Shown piece after piece: positions 19,016 through 28,835 of a stretch of 64,000 nucleotides of DNA. Position 1 is the stretch's first letter; each line of letters opens with the position of its first letter. Source of the DNA: Bosea sp. (in: a-proteobacteria) (GTDB taxonomy: Bacteria > Pseudomonadota > Alphaproteobacteria > Rhizobiales > Beijerinckiaceae); contig NZ_JAFKFW010000017.1 in NCBI RefSeq assembly GCF_017308015.1, positions 16,783 through 80,782 of the forward strand, written 5' to 3'. The notes under the pieces were generated by a model, which saw nothing but the letters and a program-made list of their open reading frames with translations, was not told the DNA's origin and made no database searches. A program made the position numbers and the translations under genes.

Positions 19016-19396
19016 ATGGACAAGAAGGGCGGGCGCGTCTCTGTCACGATCAACGGACGCACCTTCACGGCTCGTTCGAGCGTCTCGATCTCGCCGGCGA
19101 CGGTCGAGCGCTCCAACGGCGTCAACCGCGATGGCTCGGGCTATTCGACCATCGCCCCGAAACTGGCGAGCGCTGAGATCAGCTTCGACCGCGGGGAGCG
19201 CAGCGGCATCGTCTTCGATGACGCCATGCTCCTGGCCGACGTAAACTGCACGATCTGGGAGGAGGACGCCCAGATCACGCACTTCTTCACGAACGCCGGC
19301 TTCGGCGGCACCCCCTCGATCGATACCGAGTCCGGTGAGGTCAGCGGCATGCGGGTGGAAGCCCCGCGCAACAGCTACTCGTTCCGGGCGGAGTGA
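19016..19396 (+). CDS. Tail tube protein (Mu gpM-like)
   Basis: 126 aa directly after the sheath. Confidence 0.8.
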   Translation: MDKKGGRVSVTINGRTFTARSSVSISPATVERSNGVNRDGSGYSTIAPKLASAEISFDRGERSGIVFDDAMLLADVNCTIWEEDAQITHFFTNAGFGGTPSIDTESGEVSGMRVEAPRNSYSFRAE

Positions 19397-19404
19397 TCTG
19401 ACCA

Positions 19405-19734
19405 ATGAGCAAGACGATCAAGGTCGACCTGCCTGACCCGCTGGAAACGCACCAAGGGATGGTTTCCTTTGCCGAGTTCAGGGAGCCGACGGCGCGCGAC
19501 TTCTTCAGCCTCGGCGAGCCGTTTCAGGTTGTTCGCGGCGGTGATGGCGGCATCTTCGTCGTCGAGAAAGACGACGTGATCCTGGCCTACATGGAGAAGT
19601 GCATTCAGCAACCTATCGACGTGATCCTGCTGGGCACGATGTCTCTGGCCAACGCCATGGCGTGCCGGGAGAAGTTCCTCGGTTTTTTCGAGACGGCGCG
19701 GGCAAGGATGTCGAGCTCGCCTGCGATCTCCTAG
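19405..19734 (+). CDS. Tail assembly chaperone
   Basis: L.DPL.......F.EPT..D motif; lies between tube and tape measure. Confidence 0.8.
   Translation: MSKTIKVDLPDPLETHQGMVSFAEFREPTARDFFSLGEPFQVVRGGDGGIFVVEKDDVILAYMEKCIQQPIDVILLGTMSLANAMACREKFLGFFETARARMSSSPAIS
19683..19689 (+). promoter_or_regulatory. Slippery heptamer T TTT TTC; -1 frameshift gives an extended chaperone ending at 19841
   Basis: In-frame codons GGT TTT TTC; the -1 frame is open to 19841 and encodes a P2 E'-like tail (DLLVFD...LSFSEIEYW.ERA). Confidence 0.8.
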
Positions 19735-19837
19735 TCTTCGACCTCAGGATCGTGGATGCTCGCGCGGTCGGCGATCTGTCGTTCTCGGAGATCGAGTACT
19801 GGATCGAGCGCGCGTACGAGCGGAAGTTGCTCCGAAC

Positions 19838-20320
19838 CTAGCCGCCATAGATGCAGCGTCCCGCCTCGATCCTTTGATCGAAGTAGACGAAAGCCTGCCG
19901 GCCGGCGATCGTGCCTGTCCAGTTCCCGACCCTAGCGGCTTGATCGAAAGGACGCCGGAACGCTCGCTTGGGAGCGCTCTTCCCCGTCGGCCACACGACC
20001 GCCGCCGCAGAGCACACCTCCATGGCCATCTGTGCGGCCTGCGCGCCTTCGAACGTCACTCTGACGCGGGATAGTTCTCCGCTCTGTGTGGGCTCTAGCC
20101 AGACCTCCAGTCCGGTTGCCGTTCCAATGACCCGGCAGTTGAAACTGGAGCTCGCATTTGCGCAGTCGGTGGCGGCCGGCAAGTGGATACCAGCCTCCTT
20201 GAGATGTCGGCTGAGCGCAGCGGCAAAAAACGATCGGTCCGTCTCTCCAGCTTCCGCAGCATGACCGGAGATCGCAAAAAACGAGAACAGGCTGCCGAAG
20301 ATTGCGTGAGTGGTCTTCAT
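19838..20320 (-). CDS. Secreted hypothetical protein (moron)
   Basis: Signal-peptide-like N-terminus ending AHA-like (SGHA-AE); four Cys; antisense to the tail operon. Confidence 0.65.
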   Translation of the reverse strand: MKTTHAIFGSLFSFFAISGHAAEAGETDRSFFAAALSRHLKEAGIHLPAATDCANASSSFNCRVIGTATGLEVWLEPTQSGELSRVRVTFEGAQAAQMAMEVCSAAAVVWPTGKSAPKRAFRRPFDQAARVGNWTGTIAGRQAFVYFDQRIEAGRCIYGG

Positions 20321-20405
20321 GTCTCTCTCCTAGCAGCAAGTTTCCGATAGTCGCGAAAGAGAAGCGATCCGTTCTGTAGCGCCTGCATCCAACCGAGATA
20401 ACTGA

Positions 20406-22814
20406 ATGGCCAAGATTATCGAAGCCCGTGCGCTTCTAACCGCGGACGATCAGGCCTCGGCCAAGATCGTCGCGATGGCGAAGCGTGTCGAGCAGGTCTC
20501 GAAGGCGAACCAGCAGTTCGCCCGCTCTGGCAGTGAACAGATGCTCGCGATGACGAAGCGGGTCGATGCGCTCAATGCCAAGCTGACGCAGATCCAAGGC
20601 TTCAAGAAGATTTCGAAGGATCTCGACGGGGCGTCCATCGCGTACAAGCGGGCTCAGCAGGAGGCCAACCGGCTGAAGTCCGCGCTTGATGCGGCCGGTG
20701 GTTCGGGCGGCAAGCTAGCGCGAGACTACGAGCGCGCAGCTAGAGCCGCCGACATGGCTCGCACGGCTTTCATGCGACAGGGGCAGGCCGTCCGACAGGC
20801 GCGTTCTGACCTCGAGGCTGCTGGCGTTCCTGTGAATAGGTTGGCGCAGCGCCAGCGCGAGCTCGAGATGCGTGTCCGCGGCGCTACTGCCGCCATGCAG
20901 CGCCAGCAGCAGGTCGCGCTTGCTCAGCCTCGTTCGTCGGCCCGCCAGAGCGCCGCCATCGCCGCTCACGGCGCCGCCCATGCGATCGGCGGCGGCTACC
21001 TCGCGCACAAGGGGGCGCAGGCGGGCAAAGCGGTGCTGAGCAAGTCCGGCGAGTTTGACTACGCGACCCGTCGTCAGCAGGCTTACGCCGATCTCAGCAA
21101 GGCGGAACAGGAAGCGATCCTGATCCCTCAGGCGGAGCGGATCGGCGCCGACACCAAGTTTACCAACGCGGACGTTGTCGAGGCACAAACCACGGTCGCG
21201 AACCGTCTGCCTGCTCACCTCAAGAACGCGACGACGATCGCTCCACTCGTCGCGCAGATGAAGAACTATGCCCTCGCAATGAAGGGCACGACGATGGACG
21301 ACGCCGCACAGGCGGTGAGCGGCTTCCTTCTGTCGACGGGCAAGGATATCTCGACCGCGGACAAGGCCGACGCGGAATCCCGTCGGGCTTCGAACCTTCT
21401 GATCCGCATGTCGAAGCTGGGCGCGATGTCGCATGACGACATCATGCCGTTCGTCCAGCGCGGCGTCTCGGCTGGGCGGATCGCCGGCCTCTCTGATGAG
21501 ACCATGGCGGCGCTCGCCGTCGGCCTGAAGCGATCGAACATCAGTGGCGATCAGGCGGGCACGGCGCTACGCACTCTCAGCGCGAAGCTGGTGGCGCCGA
21601 CGAACAAGGGGCTCGCGGCCCTCGCTACCGCAGGCATCGACTACAACCAGTTCACCAAGATGCCGGGCGGTCTGTCGGTCGAAAGTCTGGAGAGCAAGTT
21701 CAAGCAGGATTTCGGCAAGAGCTTCACGCCCGCCATTCGAGAGAGCCTGACAAGCGCTCTTTCAGACGAAGACATCATTGGCGATCGCGGTCGGTTCACT
21801 GAGGCCGTGACCGACGCCGTGTCATCGCTCTTCACGCCCAAGAGGGACGGGAAGTTGCGAGCGTCGGACCGCCAGGCGCTCGCAAAGAAGGTCGGGGAGT
21901 TCCACAAGTTCAGCGTCGAGAACGTCGACGCCGAAGGCTTGCTTAACGCGATCCTGCAGAAGGACCCGAGCCTAGCTGTTCTGAACGCCTTCGCGACCGA
22001 CAAGCACGGCAACAAGATTGGCCTGCTCGCAAAGTCCTTCGAGCAATTCCAGCGCGACCGGGATCTCCTGAAGAACACTCCGGGCGACTTCGGCGATAAG
22101 ATATCGAGCACGATCACCGGAGGCCTGGGCGGCGCGTTGGAGCGCCTGTCCGGCGCCGTCGACACGGCCGCGAACCGCATCGGCCGCGCGAACGAGTCGT
22201 GGCTGACCCCGACGATCGACGCGATCGGAAACACGATTGAAAAGCTCGCTTCGGCTCCTCCGAAGGTGATCGAGTTCACTACGCAGCTGGGGCTCGCGGC
22301 TGCCGCGCTGATCGCGCTTCGGTCAGCGTCGCTCATCGCAAGCGGGGCGGCAGCAGGCGCCTCCGCGCTCGGCGTAGGTGGCGCGGGCGTCGCGGCTCTG
22401 GCTACCGCAGGACGCTGGGGCGGTGCCGCCGCTGCGCTGGGTTCTCGGTTTCTCGGTTGGGGCGGACTCGCATACGGAGCCTATCAGGGCCTCGAATATG
22501 CGCAGCAGAATGTCACATCCCCGCAGGGCTGGCGCTATCGCAATGACCAGGTGATCGACCTCGGGACTTACGAGAAGAGCATGCGGGCTCAGCGCGAGCG
22601 CATGCGCGACCCTGAAGCGGCCAGAGGCCGAGCATTTGGCGACCTCTCGAAGATCAAGGCCGAAGTCCCGCCGGTCGAAATCAAGGGCCAGGCGACCGTC
22701 TCGATCACGGTGAAGGCTCAGGAGGGCTCGCAAGTGGTTGGTATGTCCACTTCGTCGAGCGGGCACGTCAAAGCCGAGGGCACTGCCCTGGTTGGGCGGT
22801 TCGGGAGAAACTGA
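20406..22814 (+). CDS. Tail tape measure protein
   Basis: 802 aa, Ala-rich helical; follows the chaperone; GI...QAGT.LR motif. Confidence 0.9.
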   Translation: MAKIIEARALLTADDQASAKIVAMAKRVEQVSKANQQFARSGSEQMLAMTKRVDALNAKLTQIQGFKKISKDLDGASIAYKRAQQEANRLKSALDAAGGSGGKLARDYERAARAADMARTAFMRQGQAVRQARSDLEAAGVPVNRLAQRQRELEMRVRGATAAMQRQQQVALAQPRSSARQSAAIAAHGAAHAIGGGYLAHKGAQAGKAVLSKSGEFDYATRRQQAYADLSKAEQEAILIPQAERIGADTKFTNADVVEAQTTVANRLPAHLKNATTIAPLVAQMKNYALAMKGTTMDDAAQAVSGFLLSTGKDISTADKADAESRRASNLLIRMSKLGAMSHDDIMPFVQRGVSAGRIAGLSDETMAALAVGLKRSNISGDQAGTALRTLSAKLVAPTNKGLAALATAGIDYNQFTKMPGGLSVESLESKFKQDFGKSFTPAIRESLTSALSDEDIIGDRGRFTEAVTDAVSSLFTPKRDGKLRASDRQALAKKVGEFHKFSVENVDAEGLLNAILQKDPSLAVLNAFATDKHGNKIGLLAKSFEQFQRDRDLLKNTPGDFGDKISSTITGGLGGALERLSGAVDTAANRIGRANESWLTPTIDAIGNTIEKLASAPPKVIEFTTQLGLAAAALIALRSASLIASGAAAGASALGVGGAGVAALATAGRWGGAAAALGSRFLGWGGLAYGAYQGLEYAQQNVTSPQGWRYRNDQVIDLGTYEKSMRAQRERMRDPEAARGRAFGDLSKIKAEVPPVEIKGQATVSITVKAQEGSQVVGMSTSSSGHVKAEGTALVGRFGRN

Positions 22815-23278
22815 TGCGCGACTTCCGGCCCCTGCTTCCAGGTAGCTTCAAGGGCTTCCCGTTTCAGGTCGACAAGGAAACAGCCGAGGGCGGGCGCTGC
22901 GTCCCAGTTCATGAGTATGTCCGATCCGAGGATTTCGACACCGAGGACACAGGGCAGAAGGCTCCCACATTCTCGGTAACAGCCTACCTAGCCTCAGACG
23001 ACGTCGACGCTGAAGCCACAGCGCTCTTCGCCGTTTGCTCGGGGCCGGGTGCCGGCCTGCTAGTGGTCGATGGCATTGCTCCAACTCTTGCCCGTTGCAC
23101 CAAGGTGAAGCGTTCCGGCGATAAAGACCGAATGGGTCTCATTGCCTTTGACCTCGAGTTCGTGGCTGCCGGCGGCCAAGGCAACTTCGTCTCGACGCTA
23201 TTTGATCTCGCAACCGCGTCGGCGGCGGGGGCTCTGGCCAGCCTCGTGCGACCGGCTTTACAGGCCATCCGGCGATGA
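22814..23278 (+). CDS. DNA circularisation protein N-terminal domain (Mu gpN-like)
   Basis: L.PGSFKG.PF.V....GGR..VHEY...ED.G motif. Confidence 0.85.
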   Translation: MRDFRPLLPGSFKGFPFQVDKETAEGGRCVPVHEYVRSEDFDTEDTGQKAPTFSVTAYLASDDVDAEATALFAVCSGPGAGLLVVDGIAPTLARCTKVKRSGDKDRMGLIAFDLEFVAAGGQGNFVSTLFDLATASAAGALASLVRPALQAIRR

Positions 23279-23973
23279 CCGACCGATATCAGACAGCGGC
23301 CCTCGCCGAAGCCGTGTTGGGCTTTGTCGAGGCTCTTCGGCCGGTTGCGTTGGCTGCCGAACAGGCCTCCGACCTCATGGCCACCACCGAGGCTGCTATA
23401 GCGGCGACGCCTGACGAGATCGATCGCGTGGCCGTGTTGGTGAACGGTATCCGCGATCTTGGAGCGGTTGGCGCGGGCTCGTTCGGCGACTGGATCGCTG
23501 CAGCCGGGTCGGTGGCGCTTATACCAGCGCCGACGCGATCTCCGGCACTGACTGTCGCTCAGGATTTAGCCAGGGCTGCATCCCAGGTGGTTGCCGCCGC
23601 TTGCTGGCAAGAGGCCGCAGTCAGTCTGCTGGTGACGCTGCCAACAGGTCGCGAAGACGTCGAGACCGCAAGGGCGCGGCTCGCAACTGGCGTGGAGCCA
23701 ATTCTCGACGGTCTTGCGACCATCGGCGATGGTAGCATGCATACCGCAGTCCGGGAGACGATCGACATGGCCATAGCTGGCCTTGATGAGATCGTGCTCA
23801 ACATCGCTCCGATGGCCCTCATCCGAGCCATTCGCAATCTACCGTCGACCGTGCTGGCTTGGCAGCTCTACGGCAATCCCGATCGCGCCGGGGAAATCGT
23901 CGCGCTGTCGGGCTCGCTCACGCCGCTCTTCCTGCCCCTCGAAATGACACTGCCGGCACCGACCGCGATCTGA
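23275..23973 (+). CDS. Mu gpN-like C-terminal part / LysM-like baseplate-associated protein
   Basis: LPS.VLAW.LYGNP.RA.EI...P.F.P C-terminus; ATGA-coupled. Confidence 0.7.
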   Translation: MTDRYQTAALAEAVLGFVEALRPVALAAEQASDLMATTEAAIAATPDEIDRVAVLVNGIRDLGAVGAGSFGDWIAAAGSVALIPAPTRSPALTVAQDLARAASQVVAAACWQEAAVSLLVTLPTGREDVETARARLATGVEPILDGLATIGDGSMHTAVRETIDMAIAGLDEIVLNIAPMALIRAIRNLPSTVLAWQLYGNPDRAGEIVALSGSLTPLFLPLEMTLPAPTAI

Positions 23974-23975
23974 CC

Positions 23976-25085
23976 ATGGATCTGAGCGAAGACGTCACGT
24001 TGGAAGTGGATGGGCTCCGGCTCCGGGGCTTCCAAGAAGTCAATATCAGCCGATCGCTCAACGACGCTACGATCTCCTTCGGCTTGCGGGTGACGAACCC
24101 GGCCTGGAGCGCCGACGCGTTTGCCATCCGGTTCGCCAAGGAAGTGGTCCTCAAGGCGGCAGGCGAGACGCTTTGCCGCGGCACGGTGGATGACTTCGAA
24201 AGCGAATGCGAGGAGGACAAGCGCGAGGTCCGGATATCCGGCAAGTCGAAAGGCGTGCTCGCTGTTCGGCACCCTCCCGTGAAGCACAAGACGGGTCGCA
24301 TCGAGAACAAAGACCTGCTGATGGTCGCCAAGGAGTTCACTGAGACCGGCGTCGAATGGAAGTCAGATACGAAGTTGACACCGATCGCGATGGTCCAGCG
24401 CAATCCGCTGGATACCGTCTTCGACACCGTGGAACGCTATGCACGAGCTCAAGGTGTCATGCTGACGGGGCAGCCCGACGGCTCGATTCTTCTAACTCGC
24501 GGGAGCGACAAGCGCCACGGAGGCGAACTCGCTGAAGGCGTTCGGCCGATGACCAAATACAAGATCAAGGTCAGCCAATCGAAGAAGGCCTCGCCATCCG
24601 TCGTCCGCAATCAGAGGCGGATGGGCGTCACACCGAAGCAGTTGCGATCCGAAGAACAGGTTTTCGATCCGAGTGTCGGCACGTTTCGACCGGCAATCAT
24701 CCTCGGCGAGACTGACATGGACCAGCGCCAGGCCAAGAATGCCGGCGAGTGGCAGCGCCTGCGCCAGAACGCGAACGGCGGACTTTCGGCCACGATCAGT
24801 GTATCAGGCTGGCGCGATCCAGACGGCACCATTTGGGAGCCGGGCCGCCTGATCTTCCTGCGCATCCCGTCGGAGCGCGTCGAGCAGGACATGCGGATCG
24901 AGAGCCTCACGCTCACGCAAAGCCTTCGCGACGGCACCACGGCCGAACTGACGCTCGTCGATCCCAACACGACTGGCTCGCAGAGCAAGAGTGGCAAAGC
25001 CGGCACGAACCGGAACAAAAGCGATAGCCGATACGAGGTGAAGGCTCCTTCCTTCGTGGAAAGCGTTAGCCCGACGGATCAGTGA
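23976..25085 (+). CDS. Baseplate hub protein (Mu gp44/gpP-like)
   Basis: V.L.VDG....GF..V.I.RS, W.PG motifs; position. Confidence 0.85.
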   Translation: MDLSEDVTLEVDGLRLRGFQEVNISRSLNDATISFGLRVTNPAWSADAFAIRFAKEVVLKAAGETLCRGTVDDFESECEEDKREVRISGKSKGVLAVRHPPVKHKTGRIENKDLLMVAKEFTETGVEWKSDTKLTPIAMVQRNPLDTVFDTVERYARAQGVMLTGQPDGSILLTRGSDKRHGGELAEGVRPMTKYKIKVSQSKKASPSVVRNQRRMGVTPKQLRSEEQVFDPSVGTFRPAIILGETDMDQRQAKNAGEWQRLRQNANGGLSATISVSGWRDPDGTIWEPGRLIFLRIPSERVEQDMRIESLTLTQSLRDGTTAELTLVDPNTTGSQSKSGKAGTNRNKSDSRYEVKAPSFVESVSPTDQ

Positions 25086-25579
25086 TGGATATCTTCCGGT
25101 TCGAACTCGGCGAGATCGACGACAGCGGCGATCAGCAGCTCCTGCGTGGGTTCGGCCTGCCGGGTGAGGAGTTCGCCAAGGCGCCGCGCATCATGCCGCA
25201 TGGCTTGGCCAGCCGGCCGCCGAAGGGCTCGCATGGCATCGGCATCGCCGTGAATGGCCGCCGCGACGAGGTGGTCGTTCTCGGGCTCGAGCAGCCGGGA
25301 TCGAGGCCGAAGAACCTGCCGGACGGTGGGACCACGCTTTACGACGCCAGCGGCAACAAGCTCGAGCTTTCATCCGCCGGCGGGAACCTCGACACAGGGG
25401 CACAGCCCTTCGCCATGAAGTCCGGCCAGTTCACAATCGAGGCGACCGAGATCGTCCTCAAGGTTGGCGATACCGTCATCCGCCTCCGGGATGGTCGCAT
25501 CGATCTGGGCGCGATGACCGCGCCGAACCGGGTGCTCACCGAGGGCGGCCCTTCCAGCACCGTTTACGCGGTTCTCTGA
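25085..25579 (+). CDS. Baseplate spike/assembly protein (Mu gp45-like)
   Basis: L.G..GE......HG.ASRPP.G, G...LYD..G motifs. Confidence 0.85.
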   Translation: MDIFRFELGEIDDSGDQQLLRGFGLPGEEFAKAPRIMPHGLASRPPKGSHGIGIAVNGRRDEVVVLGLEQPGSRPKNLPDGGTTLYDASGNKLELSSAGGNLDTGAQPFAMKSGQFTIEATEIVLKVGDTVIRLRDGRIDLGAMTAPNRVLTEGGPSSTVYAVL

Positions 25580-25580
25580 G

Positions 25581-26090
25581 ATGCTGACAATCTCCTATGC
25601 CGAGCGGGTCTCCCCCGCCGGGCTGGCCCCGCCTGACATCGGTTGGTCCGGCACGGTCGGCGATTTCATAGAGGACCCGGTTTTTGGCCTGGTCACTGGG
25701 AATCCGATACGCACGGCAATTCTGATGTTGCTGTACACGAACGTCGCCTGTGATCCCTCGGAGCTTCGCTTCGAGCACGGCGGTGATCGGCGAGGCTGGG
25801 CCGGGGACGGCTTCGGTATCGACCCGCGTCGTGGCGAGCAACCCTTGGGTTCAACGCTCTGGCTGCTTCGCCGGCAGAAGCTGAACCCTGTGATCGCGCG
25901 CAAGGCCGAGGTCGAGGCGGTGAGGGCACTTCAACCGCTTGTCCGCCAGAAAATCGCGACTTCCGTGAAAGCATCCGGGGCGATTGCTGGCGCCAATGAT
26001 CGCCTGGAACTGGCAATTGACCTGACGGCCAAGGACGGCCGGCCGGTGTTCTCTGATCGCTTTGATATCCTCTGGAAGGCGGTGGCCTGA
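25581..26090 (+). CDS. Mu gp46-like baseplate protein
   Basis: TAI...L.T, D.RGW.GD, GS.LWLL.R, ALQPL motifs. Confidence 0.88.
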   Translation: MLTISYAERVSPAGLAPPDIGWSGTVGDFIEDPVFGLVTGNPIRTAILMLLYTNVACDPSELRFEHGGDRRGWAGDGFGIDPRRGEQPLGSTLWLLRRQKLNPVIARKAEVEAVRALQPLVRQKIATSVKASGAIAGANDRLELAIDLTAKDGRPVFSDRFDILWKAVA

Positions 26091-27169
26091 TGGCTCTACC
26101 CACCAGCACCGTTGATGCCTGGCATACGAAGTTCAAGGCATTCTATCGCGGCATTGTTGGCGCCGTCGTCGACATTTGGCCGAATACCTGGGCCGTCACG
26201 GCGAAGGTGCTCGCCCTCCTAGCGCGCGAGGTCGATCTTCGCTTGGCGGTGCTCTATCGGCAGGTGCTGGTCTCGACATCGGATGGCGACTATGTGCGCC
26301 GCCACGCTTTCGAGTACGGAATCGCCAGTCGCGCGGCTGGTCGTGCGAGTGGTGACCTCGTCGTGACCGCCCTCGGCGCGGGGACGATTCCGGAGGGCAT
26401 CGCATTCCAGCGGGATGACGGCGCTCTCTTCCTGACGAACGCTTCGGCAATCGCCACGGCGGGGCCAGTGACGCTGTCGGTGCAAGCCGATGTCGCCGGG
26501 CTGGCCGGCAACACCCCGGACGGGGCGACCCTGACCCTGATCTCGACATCGCCGGTCGCGCTCAGCGGTGGCATTGGAGCAGTTTCAGGTGGCCTCGGCG
26601 GCGGGACCGCGACTGAGGATGTTGAAGACCTCCGCCAGCGCGTGCTCCAGCGGAAGCGGAACCCGCCTCAGGGTGGTTCGGCAAGCGATTGGGAGCGGTG
26701 GGCTCGGGAAGTGCCAGGCGTCGATCGGGTTTTCGTGGACAGCTTCTCGAACACCGACCGCAGGGTCTGGATCGCAGTCACCTTTGAGGACCGCGTGAAT
26801 GGCATTCCGAACTCCGGCGACGTCGCCGCGGTTCAGGCTCACCTCGAGGATCCGAACCTTCGCCCAGTCACCGCGCGCGTCACGGTAGTCCCTCCGACGG
26901 CAGTCCCTGTGAACATCGCGGCAACTGGGGTCGAGCCACTGACCACGCAAGTTGAGGCGGCGATTAAGGCTGAGCTCGCGGCTGTGTTCGCGGAACGCAT
27001 GTTGGTGGCTCGTCCGAACCATCCTTTCGTCCTGCCCCGCGCTTGGCTCAGCGAAGCGATTTCCCGTGCGATCGGCGAGGATCGTCACACGCTCACGGCA
27101 CCGGCAACCGACCTGACTTTCACCACGCCCGGGGAGCTTCCTGTCCTCGGCAATGTGACGCTGACCTGA
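26090..27169 (+). CDS. Baseplate J-like wedge protein (Mu gp47)
   Basis: G..GN...G, GG...E..E.LR.RV, PP.GGS..DW..WA..VPGV motifs. Confidence 0.92.
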   Translation: MALPTSTVDAWHTKFKAFYRGIVGAVVDIWPNTWAVTAKVLALLAREVDLRLAVLYRQVLVSTSDGDYVRRHAFEYGIASRAAGRASGDLVVTALGAGTIPEGIAFQRDDGALFLTNASAIATAGPVTLSVQADVAGLAGNTPDGATLTLISTSPVALSGGIGAVSGGLGGGTATEDVEDLRQRVLQRKRNPPQGGSASDWERWAREVPGVDRVFVDSFSNTDRRVWIAVTFEDRVNGIPNSGDVAAVQAHLEDPNLRPVTARVTVVPPTAVPVNIAATGVEPLTTQVEAAIKAELAAVFAERMLVARPNHPFVLPRAWLSEAISRAIGEDRHTLTAPATDLTFTTPGELPVLGNVTLT

Positions 27170-27172
27170 CCG

Positions 27173-27877
27173 ATGCCGACCACATGGCCTTGCGATGCGC
27201 TCCCAACAGAAGCGCCATCGATCAATGACGTCCTGTCGAACCCTACCGGCGACAGCCTGCTGCCTCAGGTGTTGGCGAGTGCGCCGCGAGGGGAGGCGTG
27301 GGGCACCGATGAAGCCGGCGACGGCAATGGAGCCTCTCCGGTCCAGCTGAAATTCTGGCGTGGCATTTCGGCCTGCTTGGCCGAGATGTTCCGGTGGTCG
27401 TTCGAGGTGACGACTCAGGCCTTCCCAACGGCAATCACGTTCAGCCTGGCGGATTGGGAGTATGAGTTGGGGCTGCCAGACCCTTGCGGCTCCGACGCTC
27501 TTGGGTTCGAGGCAAGGAAGGCGGCCGTCCGCGCGAAGCTGGCTGCGCAAGGTGGATCGTCGCCCGGCTACTTCATCTGCGTCGCGCGAGCGGCTGGCTA
27601 CGACATCACGATCGATGAGCCGACCGGCTTCGAGCTTGGCATGGGCGGCTCGGAGCTTGGCGACGATAGCGACGAGTTGACCGCCACGAATCCTGAGACC
27701 GTCTGGATTGTCCGCCCTGAAGGCTACCGCATGTTCGAGTTCGAGCTCGGCCCTGGCGGCGGAGAGCTTGGCCCCGGCGGGACTCGCCTCGTGAGCTACA
27801 CCGATATCGCCGGCTTGGAATGCCTCCTGCGCGGAATCGCGCCGGTCCACACGCAGCTCGTCTTCGCTTCAGCCTGA
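27173..27877 (+). CDS. YmfQ/DUF2313 (Mu gp48-like) baseplate protein
   Basis: PRG.AW, P.......L.DWE..LGLPD.C, LEC....P.HT motifs. Confidence 0.88.
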   Translation: MPTTWPCDALPTEAPSINDVLSNPTGDSLLPQVLASAPRGEAWGTDEAGDGNGASPVQLKFWRGISACLAEMFRWSFEVTTQAFPTAITFSLADWEYELGLPDPCGSDALGFEARKAAVRAKLAAQGGSSPGYFICVARAAGYDITIDEPTGFELGMGGSELGDDSDELTATNPETVWIVRPEGYRMFEFELGPGGGELGPGGTRLVSYTDIAGLECLLRGIAPVHTQLVFASA

Positions 27878-27887
27878 GAGATCGATC

Positions 27888-28829
27888 ATGCAGTATATCG
27901 AGCCCGTCGGTGCGCAGGGGCCGGCGAACGACTTCGGCCGGGATTATGTTGACAAGAACGCAGGTCTTGGCATCGCCGGTTCATTCTTGGCGGCTGATGT
28001 GCCTGAGCACGTTCAGATCGAGATCCTGAACGCTATCGCAGGCTCCGGGCAAACACCCGCTGGCGCGAACCTGAAGCAGCTCGCCTACGCCATTCAGAAG
28101 GGCATGAACTATGCCGCGGCTACCGGAGGAGCGAATGCTTGGGCGATCACACTATCGCTCGCCCCGCTGGCCTACGCCGCTGGGCTGGAGGTCAATGTCG
28201 TCGTTCCCGGCACCAACACCAGCACGTCGGTCACAGCGAACATCAACAGCCTCGGCGTTAAGCCGGTCAAGAAGCGTGACGGCACCGATCCCGCGGTTGG
28301 CGATATCGTCGGAGGCTCAGCCTATCCGACGATCTACGATGGCACGAACATCCGCATTCTGACGCCGCTCCCGAGCGACATCGCGGCCCTGGTCGGTGTC
28401 AACAAGAGCCCCTTCAACGTCGCGCAGCTCAGCTTCACGACACGCACAGCGCTCAGCGGTACGGGTTTCGTCAGCTTCCAGAGCGGCTCGTATACGAAGA
28501 AGAGCGCCACCAGCGATCTTGTCGTCCGAGCCAGCACCAACCTATTCTCGACCGCAACCTATGCTGCCGCGATCATGCGCCTTGTCTTCGGTGCGACGAC
28601 CCTGGAAGCCGTCGCGGGCAATTCGAACACGACGAGCAACCTGCCCAGCCCGACGACAGAGCGGAAGATCAGCGGCGTCGCGGCCGGCTCTGTGGCGTGG
28701 GCGATTTCGTTCGGCCGGAACGATGCGAACGCTTGGTCAAGCATCGTGAACCCGACTACGGCTGGCGATGGCGGCAACATGCCGGTGTCGACCGCGACGT
28801 CGCTTGTGATCCAAGAAATCGAGCCCTGA
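27888..28829 (+). CDS. Tail fibre protein
   Basis: N-terminal EI..I..G..P....QL..AI anchor; beta-rich C-terminus; follows gp48. Confidence 0.8.
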   Translation: MQYIEPVGAQGPANDFGRDYVDKNAGLGIAGSFLAADVPEHVQIEILNAIAGSGQTPAGANLKQLAYAIQKGMNYAAATGGANAWAITLSLAPLAYAAGLEVNVVVPGTNTSTSVTANINSLGVKPVKKRDGTDPAVGDIVGGSAYPTIYDGTNIRILTPLPSDIAALVGVNKSPFNVAQLSFTTRTALSGTGFVSFQSGSYTKKSATSDLVVRASTNLFSTATYAAAIMRLVFGATTLEAVAGNSNTTSNLPSPTTERKISGVAAGSVAWAISFGRNDANAWSSIVNPTTAGDGGNMPVSTATSLVIQEIEP

Positions 28830-28835
28830 TGGGCG

